A stretch of 64,000 nt of DNA from a virus, in IMG/VR virus record IMGVR_UViG_3300012348_000173, positions 1 through 64,000 of that record. One strand, written 5' to 3'. Below are positions 50,212-62,773 of this stretch, piece by piece. The position numbers and the translations under genes were made by a program. How positions within the stretch are numbered: the first letter of the stretch is position 1; every line of letters begins with the position of its first letter. Below the pieces are notes generated by a model. The model did not search any database, was not told the DNA's origin, and saw only the letters and a list, made by a program, of their open reading frames with translations.

Positions 50212-53200
50212 GATAATGTTGCAATTGCTCTTAGATTTTTAACACGTGGAGCATCAACAATATTTTCACCTTCAAATTGAATCTTGACTTTGAACTCTTT
50301 GAATTTTGCAATGTCAACTGATTCGTCTGGCAATGTTATGAGGTAATGAAGCTCATTAAATACGTTTGGATCGCTGTTCACTGGCATTACACTAGGTGAG
50401 ACTCTGGTTAACTCGATCCAAGGAGTATCATTAAACTTATCAAATTTACCAAATACTTTTACAGTCGATTCCGATGTAGGAATGTTAACATCAAGATACA
50501 CATCAAGCTGATCGGCTTCATATGCTAATTCAATTCTACGCGTTACGTATCTTGAAGTCTTTCCGGTGTCTGTATTTAGTCTGTTGCGAATAAACTTAAC
50601 ATTCATTCGCTCGATGTTGATCACAGGCGACAAATAATTGCTGTCGGTCTTAAGTGTTGTTGTTAACACAACAGGCGCGGTTGAAGATAAGAAGCCATCA
50701 TTCCAAGGCTTCTTGGATGCAGTTGCGCTATAAGATACTCCATTTTCAACTTTGTAATCATATCCAAAAATTGACATCGTGTTATTAACATCGGATGATT
50801 TTAGGACGTTACCTGCTTCGTCAGTTGCAACAATTTCAAGTGTATCTTGGCTTAAAACAAAGTCAGACACTTGGCACTTATTAAGTTCAGCTGTAGCCGT
50901 TGCGTTTGATCCGTTTCCACCGTTTCCTCCAGTGATTGTAACCGTCGGAGCTGATGTATATCCATCACCGTTATCAGTAAGAAGTATTTCACTAACCTTT
51001 CCTGTCGCTAGATTTACAACTGCGATTGCCGCTGCACCCGAGCCGTTTCCACCAGTGATTGTAACTGTAGGCGTTGATGTATATCCAGTCCCGCCGTTTA
51101 TAACAGTTATCTTACGAACTCGATAAAAAGCACGAACTTCACTCTTAACTTCAACATCTCCAGTTTTGAACTTAGCGCGATACAACTTAAACTTAAGGTC
51201 ACGTGTCTGATCTTCGGTCCAGGTGCTAGAGTTTTGACTCATGAAGAATACACCGTTATAAGTATTAGCTGAAATTTTCTTTCCAGTTTTCTTATCGTTT
51301 GAACCAATTGTTGCAACGTGAACACGGTATTCATTATTTACACTTGCGCATACAACTGCATATTCTTGACCTGGTGCTAAGTAAATTGGACTGTCGAACA
51401 TAAATGATGTAGCGATCGTTCCATCAAATGTAGCAAGCACATCAGATGCATACTTAACAACAGTTGAACCTGGAACAACATTTTGAGTAGGAGTTCCGTT
51501 TTCGCATGTCACCACGAAGATTTCAACTGGAGCATTTGTCTTTGGCTTTTGGCTGAAGAACAAATCAAAACCAGTTGCAAATATGCCTTCATTATTTGAT
51601 ATCAAGAATGATTGTGCTACAGGATCAACCCAGCATGTCTTCTTAGATTTGCTGATTCGTGAATCAGTAATTAGACGAGTCTGTTCAACACTTGCTCTTA
51701 CAATTTCCGGTATAGCGGTTGATAGAATAGTTGACTGAGTTGTTGTTACAACTCCAGACGCTACATAATCTGCTGCAGCATAACTTGTTCCAGAAGAATC
51801 AATGTTTGTCTTAGAATCGGTTAATTTAAATTGACGCGATCCTGTTAGGAACTTAATCTTAGTATCCTTAGCATTTGGGATAACAAACAAGCCATAAACT
51901 TCTCCATCAGAATTTGCTTTAAGTGTTCGCGTAGAAGGAGCAAGGTATGGAATTGGACCGCCGTTTTCACTGGCAATATCGGAATACTTCTTACGCTTAT
52001 TTTCAAACTCTGTTTTGGAATAAGCAGTGCAATATTGCGTAACATTTACACCGTCAAAGAAAGGCCAGTATAGTGTATCTGGCTTCAGACCGTGTGCTTT
52101 AAACCAGACATAGCGCTGACGGATGTATGGTCTAACCGTAACATCTAATACGCGATCACCTAAATCAAGTTCGGTCTTTTTGCCAGTTGTAACTGCAGTT
52201 CTTATTCCCTTTCTTGATTGCTCTAGGTCTTGAACAATTTTGTATGAAGCATCAGGCGTGTCTTTTCCATACTGAGGTCTCTTGGAATCGTTTGATAGCT
52301 CAACCAATCTTTCTTTACCTGACCAGTATGTCTTCCAGCTTGACCACTCGGTACCAAGAATTTGAATATCTTCGCCTTCTTCCTTAAGAGTATCTTCAAG
52401 ATCATTTCCGAAATATCTGATAGCGTCCTTAAGAGTGTTGTCTTTGATAACAAGCTCTGGTCGCTCTACGGTGTCACACCAGTAGTCAGCTGATGGGTAT
52501 AGCTTAAGCTTACCAACATATACACTTGACGCGTATGGGTTTACACTCTCATCATCGCTTGCATTGTTTTGATAGATGTATGAAACAGAGCTGTAAGGCA
52601 TTGTTAAGATATCATCATGAACACCACTTGATGTAAATGTATCAGTTGCATCAAGCGCGGATGTATCAATTGGTGTAAGCTTAAAGCTTCTTACGCTAAA
52701 CGCTGGACGAAGTTCATTTGTGTCGCTGTCAATTGCACAAATATGTTGTGGGTTTGTAGGATCGCCAACATTATGACCATTAAAGCTGTCTACAACAAAT
52801 CCATTCTTAAATCGACTAAATCCAAGATCATCGGTAATGTTGATGTTCTGAGTGTCCTTTTCTAAGAGAGACAGTGAAGTATAATATTCTAGGTTGGAGA
52901 TTCGACGATCAAGCGATCTGATGTTCGCCATCGTATATCTCTGATTGTCAATCTTATCAACCGTTACATCATTTGCGCCAAAGGTGTATGGGCCTAGATG
53001 CAACGTGTACAGTTCCATAGCTGACTCTGGAACACTCGGCTTTTTAGGATTATTTGCTGGGATACCTTCTTTAACTTTGAAGTTACCATTCTTATTGACA
53101 ATAACCGAATCAATTCTAGGAAGATAATAATCGGCTTCAAACGAAATAATACTAAAAGGATCAATTGGGTATCTTAATGCTTGATCAGGAGCGTATCTAA

Positions 53201-55382
53201 AGTCAAGTACATCTCTAAGCTGAATGTCTTCATACTTAGGAATCTCATCAAGCGGAACATGTGTTGTGACTGTGCTATCAATAAAATAACTCAGCGGATC
53301 GTAAAAGTCCCCAGCCTCAACAAAATCATAATATGTATAGCTTACAGTATCTGATCCACCACCGATGCTTGCATCTGCAGTCTTCTTAATTTTGGCGGTC
53401 GAATATGAGGCATCGCCTTGACCGTCAAAGTAAATTTCAAATCCAGCTGTGTCAACCGAAACCAAATGATAAACATTCGGTACATTAATTATTGCATCAC
53501 GGTCAACGTTTTTAAGAACTGAAATTGTGCCTGTCTTACGAACCTTGTATCCTCTTTTACCTGCACCCTTTACGGTGCATAAGATAGTGTATTCAGACGC
53601 ATTTGGAGAATTGATTGACAACGATAAAACATTTGCCGGTGTCGAGGTCACAATTGAGTATTCAGAACTCGCAAGAATACCTGAAACCGAATTATAAACA
53701 ATGATGTTTTGCTCATTCTTGTCAAATGCAAGACTATCAGCTATTCTTTCAGTAATAACACCTCCGATTGCATATAACCCATCAACGTAAATTTTCTTAA
53801 AGTAAGTTAGTTCTCTAAGATCAGCCAATGGCGATAGCGGCAAGGTGTACAGTGATTTTGCTAGCTCAGCATTTCGGATTCCAGTTTCGGTGTTAAGCGT
53901 CACATCACCATTTACAATTGTCAATCCTTCGCTCAATGCATACCCAGTGTCAAGTGAAACATCATAAAGGAATACTGTGTACACATCTAATCCCTGGATC
54001 TTTCGACTTTTCTTTTCGATTGATCTGATTTTAGTTTCACCGATGTTCTGATATCCGTCAAAGATGTTATATACCGTTGAAGGAACGTTAATATTTGGGA
54101 TAGCCGAATCTGCAGCAAACGTACAGTCAATTCCGAAGCCCATGTCAGCCGAAACATTTAAATCGCGGTATCGGCCATTCTTACCATTGTAAGTTAGGCG
54201 AGCCTTAGGAACACGCAGGGACAGCGCTGATTTTAGCTCAACACGATATCCTTTTACATACGCAACCGATGGGTCAAGCGTAACGAGTAGTTCATTCTTA
54301 GCAGTATCAAGATCAACTGTTCCATCGGCCTTCACATAGCCTAGGTTAATCAATTCATTATTGATGCTAGAGATATCATCAGCAGACATACCAGTTGTAT
54401 CACGGTATGCATCTTTGATGTTTAAGGCAAATGGGTTAACCTCATAGTTACCTGATTCCTCATATGTACGCTGCGCAAGCTTATCATCAATCCCCTTAAA
54501 AGCGAGGGATGAAGAATCTTTCGCAATTTCATCAGACGTGATTTTTAAAAGCTTGACATAATCACCATCTGGTACATCATCACCAGCGCTTAATGTCAAT
54601 TCTAAGTCAACATAATAACGATCTGCGCCTGGGGAGTTGTAGTTATAGAACCCATTTGCGTTATCTAACAATGTCTCATCGACAATTGTATCGTCTGGAT
54701 TACTAAGAGAATCAACTGCAGTCACTATTGATTCAGTGACTTTAAGCAATACATTTCCAGTGAATGTTGTGTTTTGAGCTAAGTCAGCAACAACGTATTG
54801 TTCTTGAACCGCAACAAAGCTTCCTTTAACAAAGTACACACCTTTTTGGACATGTGCGCCTACCGCCAAATTAACAGCATCAATAGTTCCAATTACATTT
54901 GGGTCTTCTTCATTTTCAGCCACAATTGTGATTGCGTCCGATGCATTGAACCTAAACACGTTTTCACCATTTGCTTCTTTTGAATTGACATTCTTAAGAT
55001 ATATGCGGTATCTGGTTGCGCCTAGGGCAATGATTGAAATTATTTTAGCGGTTAAGCCATCATTATCGGTAACTTTATCATACGGTATGTCAATGAAGTT
55101 TACCTCTTCGTCTGCACTAACATCAATGCTATAAATTTTAGAGCTATCATCAAAACGTGCAAGTCCTCCAAGAACACGATTTCCGTTCTTATATAGACTA
55201 CGTCCTACGCGATCAATTTGCGTTTGTAGCGCACTTTGAATTTGGTTTAGTTCGCGTGTTTGAACCGAAACGCCTGGCTTAAATAATACACGAAGATAAT
55301 TCTTATCGCCGTGCGTAAGTCCATTTACGTCAGGATCATTGTAATCATCATAATATGTGTTTGAGTATGTAGTAATTGACAT
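50208..55382 (-). CDS. Large baseplate/structural protein (VrlC/DUF4815-like)
   Basis: [55 protein letters not shown]. Confidence 0.85.
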   Translation of the reverse strand: MSITTYSNTYYDDYNDPDVNGLTHGDKNYLRVLFKPGVSVQTRELNQIQSALQTQIDRVGRSLYKNGNRVLGGLARFDDSSKIYSIDVSADEEVNFIDIPYDKVTDNDGLTAKIISIIALGATRYRIYLKNVNSKEANGENVFRFNASDAITIVAENEEDPNVIGTIDAVNLAVGAHVQKGVYFVKGSFVAVQEQYVVADLAQNTTFTGNVLLKVTESIVTAVDSLSNPDDTIVDETLLDNANGFYNYNSPGADRYYVDLELTLSAGDDVPDGDYVKLLKITSDEIAKDSSSLAFKGIDDKLAQRTYEESGNYEVNPFALNIKDAYRDTTGMSADDISSINNELINLGYVKADGTVDLDTAKNELLVTLDPSVAYVKGYRVELKSALSLRVPKARLTYNGKNGRYRDLNVSADMGFGIDCTFAADSAIPNINVPSTVYNIFDGYQNIGETKIRSIEKKSRKIQGLDVYTVFLYDVSLDTGYALSEGLTIVNGDVTLNTETGIRNAELAKSLYTLPLSPLADLRELTYFKKIYVDGLYAIGGVITERIADSLAFDKNEQNIIVYNSVSGILASSEYSIVTSTPANVLSLSINSPNASEYTILCTVKGAGKRGYKVRKTGTISVLKNVDRDAIINVPNVYHLVSVDTAGFEIYFDGQGDASYSTAKIKKTADASIGGGSDTVSYTYYDFVEAGDFYDPLSYFIDSTVTTHVPLDEIPKYEDIQLRDVLDFRYAPDQALRYPIDPFSIISFEADYYLPRIDSVIVNKNGNFKVKEGIPANNPKKPSVPESAMELYTLHLGPYTFGANDVTVDKIDNQRYTMANIRSLDRRISNLEYYTSLSLLEKDTQNINITDDLGFSRFKNGFVVDSFNGHNVGDPTNPQHICAIDSDTNELRPAFSVRSFKLTPIDTSALDATDTFTSSGVHDDILTMPYSSVSYIYQNNASDDESVNPYASSVYVGKLKLYPSADYWCDTVERPELVIKDNTLKDAIRYFGNDLEDTLKEEGEDIQILGTEWSSWKTYWSGKERLVELSNDSKRPQYGKDTPDASYKIVQDLEQSRKGIRTAVTTGKKTELDLGDRVLDVTVRPYIRQRYVWFKAHGLKPDTLYWPFFDGVNVTQYCTAYSKTEFENKRKKYSDIASENGGPIPYLAPSTRTLKANSDGEVYGLFVIPNAKDTKIKFLTGSRQFKLTDSKTNIDSSGTSYAAADYVASGVVTTTQSTILSTAIPEIVRASVEQTRLITDSRISKSKKTCWVDPVAQSFLISNNEGIFATGFDLFFSQKPKTNAPVEIFVVTCENGTPTQNVVPGSTVVKYASDVLATFDGTIATSFMFDSPIYLAPGQEYAVVCASVNNEYRVHVATIGSNDKKTGKKISANTYNGVFFMSQNSSTWTEDQTRDLKFKLYRAKFKTGDVEVKSEVRAFYRVRKITVINGGTGYTSTPTVTITGGNGSGAAAIAVVNLATGKVSEILLTDNGDGYTSAPTVTITGGNGGNGSNATATAELNKCQVSDFVLSQDTLEIVATDEAGNVLKSSDVNNTMSIFGYDYKVENGVSYSATASKKPWNDGFLSSTAPVVLTTTLKTDSNYLSPVINIERMNVKFIRNRLNTDTGKTSRYVTRRIELAYEADQLDVYLDVNIPTSESTVKVFGKFDKFNDTPWIELTRVSPSVMPVNSDPNVFNELHYLITLPDESVDIAKFKEFKVKIQFEGENIVDAPRVKNLRAIATLS

Positions 55383-56803
55383 TATAATTGGATGATAATT
55401 TTTAGCTCTTCGTTTTGGTCTGCAGATCTAATTATCTGTGCTCTGTTTTCTAGAAATACAACATCACCTGTATGAGGATCATATGTTGATGAAGTTATTG
55501 ACGATGGAGTCTTTCCGGTATCTGTGACTACTTGCGTGTCACGATTTACGATTGATATGTTCTTAGCGCCGTCTATAGCATTAACGCCATCATGGTATCC
55601 CTTTGTATAATACACAGTCTTTGTTGCGGAATTGTAACTATGAACAACTCCAATGTATTTCGTTACGGATGATTGGATTTGAACAATACCGTCGCCTACA
55701 TTAATTGAACCAGTGTAACCTGTTAGAACAAATGAATTAAGAGTGGAAACGGCTGCGGTTGTCAAAACTGTGCCTGAGGTGTTCTTAGGATTCTTAAGTA
55801 GGCTAATCTGAGAATATGAGCCATACACTGGCGAAACTGCACTTCTAGAATTTGCTAAAAAGCAAACATACCATGCAGGTGTGTATCTACGAACATCATA
55901 TGAGAATCCATTGACATTTGATAGCAGAGGAACTATGACTGGAAGCTCATTTATTGTTATTCCGTCTGGAACCGACGATATTCTAGCAGTTGCAGCTTTA
56001 AATGTAACCAATGAAGTCTTATTAATAAGATCGGTATAAAAGCTAGTAGGTAAGGCTAGTGCTGTTATTTTACCGTTTACATCAACAGATGCAGTGACAT
56101 TAGTGATTGTATATGATACATTTGTTCCGCTTGCATTTACACCATCTAGCATAATGCTTATACCGCTAACCGATGTAGAAGCACCATTTAAATCTCCACC
56201 ATTAACGATATGCAACCCGTAAGCATTTCCGAGGTAGTCTGCACTCGTGTTTAGCGCTGTATCAATTTCGACAAACTGTTCATTATTGAATTTGCTATAC
56301 TGCTTAATTTTACCAACACGCGCAATCACGTGCTTAGTTGTGGCTTCACCAATCCTGAAAATATTTGCTTCAGGGCTAGTGATATTAATTAAGTCATTTG
56401 ATGTAACAACTAAGTTAACATCCGGAGAGTATACAAACACATAAACGTTACCGCCAACCAAATCCACGAAGTATGAAGGATTATGTGTTGATGATGGGTA
56501 TAGCGTAGCTGAGTCATATGGGTTGTATTGCTTATACTTGTGCCCATTTGTTAATGTATGCAAAGGTATAACTTCAGCAAAATCACTCGTATTAACTTTA
56601 AGCAAATCAGTGATTGCATATTTTGCCGCTAGCGTTGCTTCATGAGTTCCAACTGGAAAAGGAGATTCGTTTGGCGGAGTAAGCTCATCATACCATGCAT
56701 CGGACTTACCAATACCTATGTAATAGGAGCTCGAACTTTGAGCATCGGTTTTTAGCAATGCTGCTAAATTTTTTCTATGATTTTCTGTAATGATTGCGGC
56801 CAT
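55382..56803 (-). CDS. gp8: Baseplate wedge subunit
   Basis: MAAIITE..R, YY.GIG...W, TGDV.F.ENR..I.RS.DQ.EE.KIIIQL. Confidence 0.85.
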   Translation of the reverse strand: MAAIITENHRKNLAALLKTDAQSSSSYYIGIGKSDAWYDELTPPNESPFPVGTHEATLAAKYAITDLLKVNTSDFAEVIPLHTLTNGHKYKQYNPYDSATLYPSSTHNPSYFVDLVGGNVYVFVYSPDVNLVVTSNDLINITSPEANIFRIGEATTKHVIARVGKIKQYSKFNNEQFVEIDTALNTSADYLGNAYGLHIVNGGDLNGASTSVSGISIMLDGVNASGTNVSYTITNVTASVDVNGKITALALPTSFYTDLINKTSLVTFKAATARISSVPDGITINELPVIVPLLSNVNGFSYDVRRYTPAWYVCFLANSRSAVSPVYGSYSQISLLKNPKNTSGTVLTTAAVSTLNSFVLTGYTGSINVGDGIVQIQSSVTKYIGVVHSYNSATKTVYYTKGYHDGVNAIDGAKNISIVNRDTQVVTDTGKTPSSITSSTYDPHTGDVVFLENRAQIIRSADQNEELKIIIQL

Positions 56804-56822
56804 ATTCGTTAATGTATTTATA

Positions 56823-58025
56823 TCAAAGTTCTAAAAGTATACTTGTTTGAAATCTTCTTAAAGTCGAATCAGGCACACCCGATTCAGACGTGTTATCTAT
56901 AGTGCTTTTATTCCAATCCGTCAGTGATGAGGAACCAAGTTCTATAAAGGCCTCATCATATTCATTTTGATCAGTGTATGTCGATAACGTGTTAAACACA
57001 CATGCATTTGTGTCTGAATATGATTCAGATGCTTGCGCAATTGTATAGTTAGCGTATCCTGATATAGTAGGAGTTAACTCATCAAAGAATTTAAGTTGAG
57101 CCTGATATTCGCTTCTAAAATCAACAGGTCTTTCGAGATATAGCAATATGTCAAGTAATACGCTTAACGAATATCCCAATTGATCAGACTGCAGTATTCC
57201 AGGAGTAGCATATGTAGTTGTTCTATCGCTTGATGACGATTCTATAGTTACCTTAAAAAGAAAATCAATCTCGTTTAAGAACGTTCCATTTTCGTAAATT
57301 GCGCCAAGCGAAGTTGGAGCCTGCCACTTAGGAGAGTTTTGTCTTATTAGTTTATCAAGATCAATGTTTTTCCAATAGTCGTCAGGCGATACGTTTTCAA
57401 AGTCTGTTATGTAAGTATCAACAGAAGATTCCCAATCATTGCTGCTAAACATAACCAAGACTATAGCAACAAAGAGCTTTAATCCAGCAGGATGAACAAA
57501 GCGTATGAACTCATTAATCCATAAGCTAGGATCATTTGTCGTTCTTATTTCATACGAAAACTTTTGCCAATAGTAACTATCCTGTAAGACAAAACGATCA
57601 GACGCAACTGATTTATCGCTTGACGAATCAAACAGTGCTGATGATGGATAAAATACCGAAACAAATTCGTTGTAAAACAACCTGAAGAAGCTATGAATAC
57701 TTTCTTCAGAGCCACGTGTCTTATAGTAGTTATAGATTACTTTGTATAATCTTCTTTTATCTAATGCTACACTATTTGGTACTGCTTTTGCAATTTGTAG
57801 CTGTATAGCATTTAAATATTTATCTGACATTTCATCAATGTCATGATTATCAAACATGCTATTAATTTCAGCTGACGGACCGCCAACCGAATTTAAGTAT
57901 TCATAATATCGCTTGATAAACTTAACTATCTCAAATCCGCTCTCCCTAACATATTCGGGAAACAACGAGGATGATTTTGTAGGCTCGTTGTATAATGATT
58001 TAGCGCTGTCTGATATGTTTAACAT
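56823..58025 (-). CDS. gp7: Baseplate wedge initiator-like protein (short)
   Basis: YYEYL, YKTRGSEESI..FFRL.Y, LQDSYYWQKFSY, VHPAG. Confidence 0.75.
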   Translation of the reverse strand: MLNISDSAKSLYNEPTKSSSLFPEYVRESGFEIVKFIKRYYEYLNSVGGPSAEINSMFDNHDIDEMSDKYLNAIQLQIAKAVPNSVALDKRRLYKVIYNYYKTRGSEESIHSFFRLFYNEFVSVFYPSSALFDSSSDKSVASDRFVLQDSYYWQKFSYEIRTTNDPSLWINEFIRFVHPAGLKLFVAIVLVMFSSNDWESSVDTYITDFENVSPDDYWKNIDLDKLIRQNSPKWQAPTSLGAIYENGTFLNEIDFLFKVTIESSSSDRTTTYATPGILQSDQLGYSLSVLLDILLYLERPVDFRSEYQAQLKFFDELTPTISGYANYTIAQASESYSDTNACVFNTLSTYTDQNEYDEAFIELGSSSLTDWNKSTIDNTSESGVPDSTLRRFQTSILLEL

Positions 58026-59929
58026 TATCGGTCACGTGTGAATGTTTGATATGCAGTTGCTTTACTTAGTCCGCCTACAACAATTTCGTCTGCAGCGCCA
58101 ACGACATTGCATCGATTGTAATCAATTGAAATGATTTGGTTTCTTCTTGAAACGATGTCATTTGAAATTGGGATTAGGTCAAGAGTTATGTCAAATGCAT
58201 CATCGGATATTCCAAAAGGATTAATCTTTACAGTTCCGTCATTCAGGTAAATTGAACCAATGTCTTGAATTGGGTTTTCTACGCCGTTTGATTTCGTATA
58301 GATGTATAGTGTTCGCGCTGTAGAGTTATTAGGATTTTCTTTTTCACCTAAGAAAACATTTTCACCGTCCAATAGCCAAGGTGCGCTAATTGAGTATGAT
58401 GCAATCGCATACCCATCATCAATCGTTAATGGAGTTCCATACTTAATCGTGAATTCACCATATGATAGAGGATCAATTTCAAAATTCTTTGAAACGAAAA
58501 CACGAACGTGCGAATTGATTATAGCAGAGTTGTATGTATCAATTGATCGTGTAAATTCTGAGTATCTAAACACACTACCAAAAGAGCTAAGCATGGTATC
58601 ATTATATTTCTTAACGACATCGTTTCTTACGGCATTCTCTAACTGCGCTTTGGATAAAGAGGTGATATTGCTATTGTACTTAAATAGGACATCCAGCATT
58701 ATGTTAATAACCTCAGTATCAACAACTTCAGGAATAATACCTAACACCTTCTTTGAAGACAGAAGATTGCGCACAATTTGCTTTTCAACTTCTGATAGTT
58801 GTGCCGCAGTATTTTTCTTTTTGATTGCAATTAAAACTTTCCCGTATTGTGGAGGAATTGCATCTTCGCCTCCCCATACGCTAACACTAGCATCGCTATC
58901 AAACCCTTGCTTAATGATTGCTTGATAATCATCTGCGGTTACAGCGCGATTCTGAGTAACAAAGCTACTTGTTGAATTTGCACGTATGCTATCAATAGCC
59001 TCACGATTACTTCCCCCGCCTGAAGGAGAGGACACAGTTAATGTCACACTGAACGTATTTGTGTTTGTGTTTAATTCAGTTGGGTTAAGGTGAATAAACG
59101 GACCAGGCGCTCCATTTGCATCAACACCATTGCAACTGATGTATTCAATTTCAATTACATTTAGCGGCGATAGCTTTTTACCAATGATGTTATTACCAAA
59201 AGTAATTTCATAGCTGCCTAGTGTATTTTCGCCTATGTAATAAACGTTTGTGTCGCCGTTTGGTATTGATACATTATCATACTTCACAAACTCAACTGAC
59301 TCTGCATTATTGTTTTGATTGGCATACACTCTAACAATCAGTGTGTTGATGTCAATCGTGTCGTCATCAATGATGTATCGCTCATATTCATTTGATGCGT
59401 TCGCTAACAGTCTTTTTACTACACGACGTCCTTCTTGTAGAGTTACTTTATTTTCTACTCCACCAATCAAATACTTATATGTGCTTCCTTCACGAGTTAA
59501 AGTTACACCATCTTTAAGAACATAGTAATATGTTTTGTTTTTATAGCTTGTGCTAAACAACGTGTTCTTATCAATGAATAGCGTCGTAGGCGGATTAGCT
59601 CCGCTGACACCTATTCTTAGGTATGCATCAACCTTTGATGAAGTAGCGCTTCTAGGAACATATCCTAATAGCTTAGCGGCCGACACGACACTGCTTCTTA
59701 GTTGCGCGCTGTCAATAAAGCTTTCATTAATTGCCATATGCGCAGTCATGGCATTATAATGTGTGTTGTATGCTAAGATATCAATGATTGTGCTTAGTGC
59801 ACTACCTTGAAAGTTATAGTCTTTATAAATCAGCTGACCATTGCTATCAGTAAGCTGTTGAAAGTAGTCGACGATATTTGACTTTATCTGATCAAAATCG
59901 AGTTCAGTTGTATTTAATGTATTTGCCAT
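58025..59929 (-). CDS. gp6: Baseplate wedge subunit
   Basis: ELDFDQIK, LAYNTHYNA, NESFIDSA.LR, QNRAVTADDY, WGGED..PPQYGKV. Confidence 0.94.
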   Translation of the reverse strand: MANTLNTTELDFDQIKSNIVDYFQQLTDSNGQLIYKDYNFQGSALSTIIDILAYNTHYNAMTAHMAINESFIDSAQLRSSVVSAAKLLGYVPRSATSSKVDAYLRIGVSGANPPTTLFIDKNTLFSTSYKNKTYYYVLKDGVTLTREGSTYKYLIGGVENKVTLQEGRRVVKRLLANASNEYERYIIDDDTIDINTLIVRVYANQNNNAESVEFVKYDNVSIPNGDTNVYYIGENTLGSYEITFGNNIIGKKLSPLNVIEIEYISCNGVDANGAPGPFIHLNPTELNTNTNTFSVTLTVSSPSGGGSNREAIDSIRANSTSSFVTQNRAVTADDYQAIIKQGFDSDASVSVWGGEDAIPPQYGKVLIAIKKKNTAAQLSEVEKQIVRNLLSSKKVLGIIPEVVDTEVINIMLDVLFKYNSNITSLSKAQLENAVRNDVVKKYNDTMLSSFGSVFRYSEFTRSIDTYNSAIINSHVRVFVSKNFEIDPLSYGEFTIKYGTPLTIDDGYAIASYSISAPWLLDGENVFLGEKENPNNSTARTLYIYTKSNGVENPIQDIGSIYLNDGTVKINPFGISDDAFDITLDLIPISNDIVSRRNQIISIDYNRCNVVGAADEIVVGGLSKATAYQTFTRDR

Positions 59930-60372
59930 TATCTTAAACGATTAATTATGATTTCTACTTTCTGAGGATTTTGGTTATTGATCGCAAATGTTATTGTTAC
60001 AGTGTATGCATTTTCATAAGATGTATCAGCGACGTCAACATTTAAAGATGAAACTCTAGGTTCATATTTTCGTATGACATTGTAAATCTCATCTTTAATT
60101 GCAATCTTAGTGATTGCAGTTGCATTCTCAAACAATAAAGACTTTAGCCCAGCGCCTAATTGAGGTTGAAATGGTCGATCATATTTACCGCTAAGAACTA
60201 AGTTTCTTATTGAGTTTTTAATAGCATCAATATCCGTTAAAGGAATAATGTCACCTTTAAGATTATTGGCTGCATACGTATGCATAGCCATATCAAAATC
60301 CGAATAAATGATATCTCTCGTTAGGGTAGGGACATATCCAGATTTATTGTAATCTGATAGGAGAGTGCTCAT
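59929..60372 (-). CDS. gp25: Baseplate wedge subunit/sheath initiator
   Basis: YSD.D, AIKNSIRNL, RPFQP..G, YEPRV. Confidence 0.92.
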   Translation of the reverse strand: MSTLLSDYNKSGYVPTLTRDIIYSDFDMAMHTYAANNLKGDIIPLTDIDAIKNSIRNLVLSGKYDRPFQPQLGAGLKSLLFENATAITKIAIKDEIYNVIRKYEPRVSSLNVDVADTSYENAYTVTITFAINNQNPQKVEIIINRLR

Positions 60373-60379
60373 TATCTAT

Positions 60380-61924
60380 TTATATTGCATTTCCTCCGCC
60401 GTATCTAGCTTGAGCTTTTTTGTACTGAGGTGCCAGCTTTGTACCACGTGAAACTAGGAAGACTTGTACTGCAGCCATGTTTGACTTTTGGTATGCCGCT
60501 GGAGTATCGGTGTAAATGTCAACTTTATTGTATGTCAATTCGATATTTCCTGTGTCATGCACTGTGTAAACTCCACTTGGATTTTTACCACTTGGATTGT
60601 ATGGCGTTCCATCTGGATTCTTAAGAGCAAGGACACTACCAATTGGAACACGTGTACTAGAACATGAGAAGTCGCTAATAAGCTTATCTCCAAACGGTCC
60701 ATGAAAAGCGTTATCATAATCAAGAGTGCCAATCTTGATTGTCTTACCACGGCTATTGGTGTAATAATTTCCGGTTATATTTTTTTCACCGCGTGCTTCC
60801 CAATATGCAATTAGCTCAGGTGGACGTTGTGCTGGCTTAATATCTAGGAATGTTGTATAGTCACCGTATGGACTTGAGTACCAAGTAACTCCTTTGGATA
60901 TAAGAGCGCCGGTTGCAACCATATTGCTATTTCGCATACCGTATGCTCGAATTACGGCAGCCTGAGATTTTATGATTTGGCCTATGCCAGATGTTCTGCG
61001 TGAGTATTCTTGTCTAACAGTTTCACTCCAGCCTCCGCTATGTGTTTTATATTCCACATCTATGCTCGTGACATAGCTTGTGTAATATTCTGCATCTTGA
61101 ACATCATCCTTTGAATTAAGTATCTTATTATGATACGCCATAGCAACAGTATTAACCGACGTAATCATTGATGAATACCCTCCTTCATCGGTTGCACCGT
61201 TTTCCTTAGTCGTATACTCTCGTATGTCAACCATGACTTCATCATAGTTGTATTTTACTTCATTTAAGTTTTCGTCAATCGTTCCAATGCTTGCCTTTAA
61301 TGGACTAGACATAGGCGCGGATGAAGGAGAAAGAAGTGGGGATCCTTTAACTGCTCCATTTGCATCATAGTCCGGAAGATTACATATATCTAAAACATCC
61401 AGATCGGCTACAAGATCATAGATGTTATCAACAACATCGCCAAATGTATCTATGATCTTTGCAATCGCCTCAGAGCGTTGTATTCCTTGCAAAGCCTTTG
61501 CGGCAATGAGCTGCTGTAATAGACTTAGCGGTTTAATTTGCTTAAGTGTTTCAATCACACTGTTTACCGCGTTTGCATATGCAAGAGCAATTTGGACTGT
61601 AGAAATAACTTCTTTTGCAGCGCTGTTTGATAAGACATATTCCATAGCCTTTTCAATGACTTTTGCTATAATCCTATCCTCTAGATTTTGCGCACACTCA
61701 ATAAGCGATGATGCTTGTGCCAACGGTACACTTAATCCAGATGCAGATACCGTGGCTTCAATAACCTGAAGACCATCAGACGACATTGCAGTGCTCTGAT
61801 TGGCCAATGTCTTTAGCATATTTGGGTCCAATAAAGTACCTGGCTTTAATGCTAAAGTATTAGCTGTAGTCTCGCCGAAAGTTGTCTTTACGGTTTCACT
61901 TAATGCAGAAATAGTCTTTGACAT
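60380..61924 (-). CDS. Baseplate-region protein with C-terminal 3D/RlpA-like double-psi barrel
   Basis: TWYS...VPIGSVL...YTVHDTG...VDIY; helical N-terminal region. Confidence 0.6.
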   Translation of the reverse strand: MSKTISALSETVKTTFGETTANTLALKPGTLLDPNMLKTLANQSTAMSSDGLQVIEATVSASGLSVPLAQASSLIECAQNLEDRIIAKVIEKAMEYVLSNSAAKEVISTVQIALAYANAVNSVIETLKQIKPLSLLQQLIAAKALQGIQRSEAIAKIIDTFGDVVDNIYDLVADLDVLDICNLPDYDANGAVKGSPLLSPSSAPMSSPLKASIGTIDENLNEVKYNYDEVMVDIREYTTKENGATDEGGYSSMITSVNTVAMAYHNKILNSKDDVQDAEYYTSYVTSIDVEYKTHSGGWSETVRQEYSRRTSGIGQIIKSQAAVIRAYGMRNSNMVATGALISKGVTWYSSPYGDYTTFLDIKPAQRPPELIAYWEARGEKNITGNYYTNSRGKTIKIGTLDYDNAFHGPFGDKLISDFSCSSTRVPIGSVLALKNPDGTPYNPSGKNPSGVYTVHDTGNIELTYNKVDIYTDTPAAYQKSNMAAVQVFLVSRGTKLAPQYKKAQARYGGGNAI

Positions 61925-61927
61925 AGT

Positions 61928-62767
61928 TTATCCTGTTGGAGGTAAGGTTGATGCACCGGTCTCAACGTGAACGTGGCTAAGAAGAGATATGCTATTTGCT
62001 AAAACGTCTGATGACGAAGATATTGTACCTTTCACGTCAGTTGTTCCTTTAACCGATACGTTATCAGAGACGCGTAAATCGCCTGCTTCTAAATTCATAT
62101 TTCCTGGAGCGTTCACGTTAACAGATGATCCAGATCCTATTTCCAATCCGCCGCTTGAGCCTAAGGTCATTGATGCTCCACTGACCATTATGCTTTTTCC
62201 ACTGCTCATTTGAACGCAGCTTCCTGATACGATTGATGACTGATCACCAGACACAATTGATTTAGAATTGCCTCCAACAATATTGTTAGAGTTACCCATG
62301 ACTTTAGTGTCAGAATTTCCATGAACGGTTGTGGTTAAATTTTCCGAAACGTTAGCACCGATATCTCCTACAATATCAGCTGCAATCCCACCACCATTTA
62401 CTTTAGTTTTTATTTTTCCATCAACCTGAAGATTAAGATCTTTCTTAACATATAGGTTATAGTTTCCTCCAATTGTCGTTTCACAATCTCCAAGAATTGT
62501 TATAGACGCTCTTCCGCCAATAAAGATCTTACCGTCACGTATGATCGTAACCCAATCATCTCCAAGAATATTAAGAGTGCGGGATCCGTCGGCTACAAAT
62601 GTTTCGTATGATCCAGACTTATGCTGTCGATGAATTCGTTCAGCACCTAATGTGTCGTCAACCTCGTGGATATGACCTGAGCGTGAGCGTGTTACGCTAT
62701 TAAATGGGTATACCGTTCCACCACTTTGTAGCGGCGGATTCCAGGATGTAGATGCATCTTCACTCAT
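61928..62767 (-). CDS. gp5: gp5 C-terminal part: beta-helix puncturing spike
   Basis: YPFN.V....SGHI.EVDDT.GAERI...HKSG, 8-aa V.G repeats, terminal HVH. Confidence 0.85.
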   Translation of the reverse strand: MSEDASTSWNPPLQSGGTVYPFNSVTRSRSGHIHEVDDTLGAERIHRQHKSGSYETFVADGSRTLNILGDDWVTIIRDGKIFIGGRASITILGDCETTIGGNYNLYVKKDLNLQVDGKIKTKVNGGGIAADIVGDIGANVSENLTTTVHGNSDTKVMGNSNNIVGGNSKSIVSGDQSSIVSGSCVQMSSGKSIMVSGASMTLGSSGGLEIGSGSSVNVNAPGNMNLEAGDLRVSDNVSVKGTTDVKGTISSSSDVLANSISLLSHVHVETGASTLPPTG

Positions 62768-62773
62768 ATGTTA

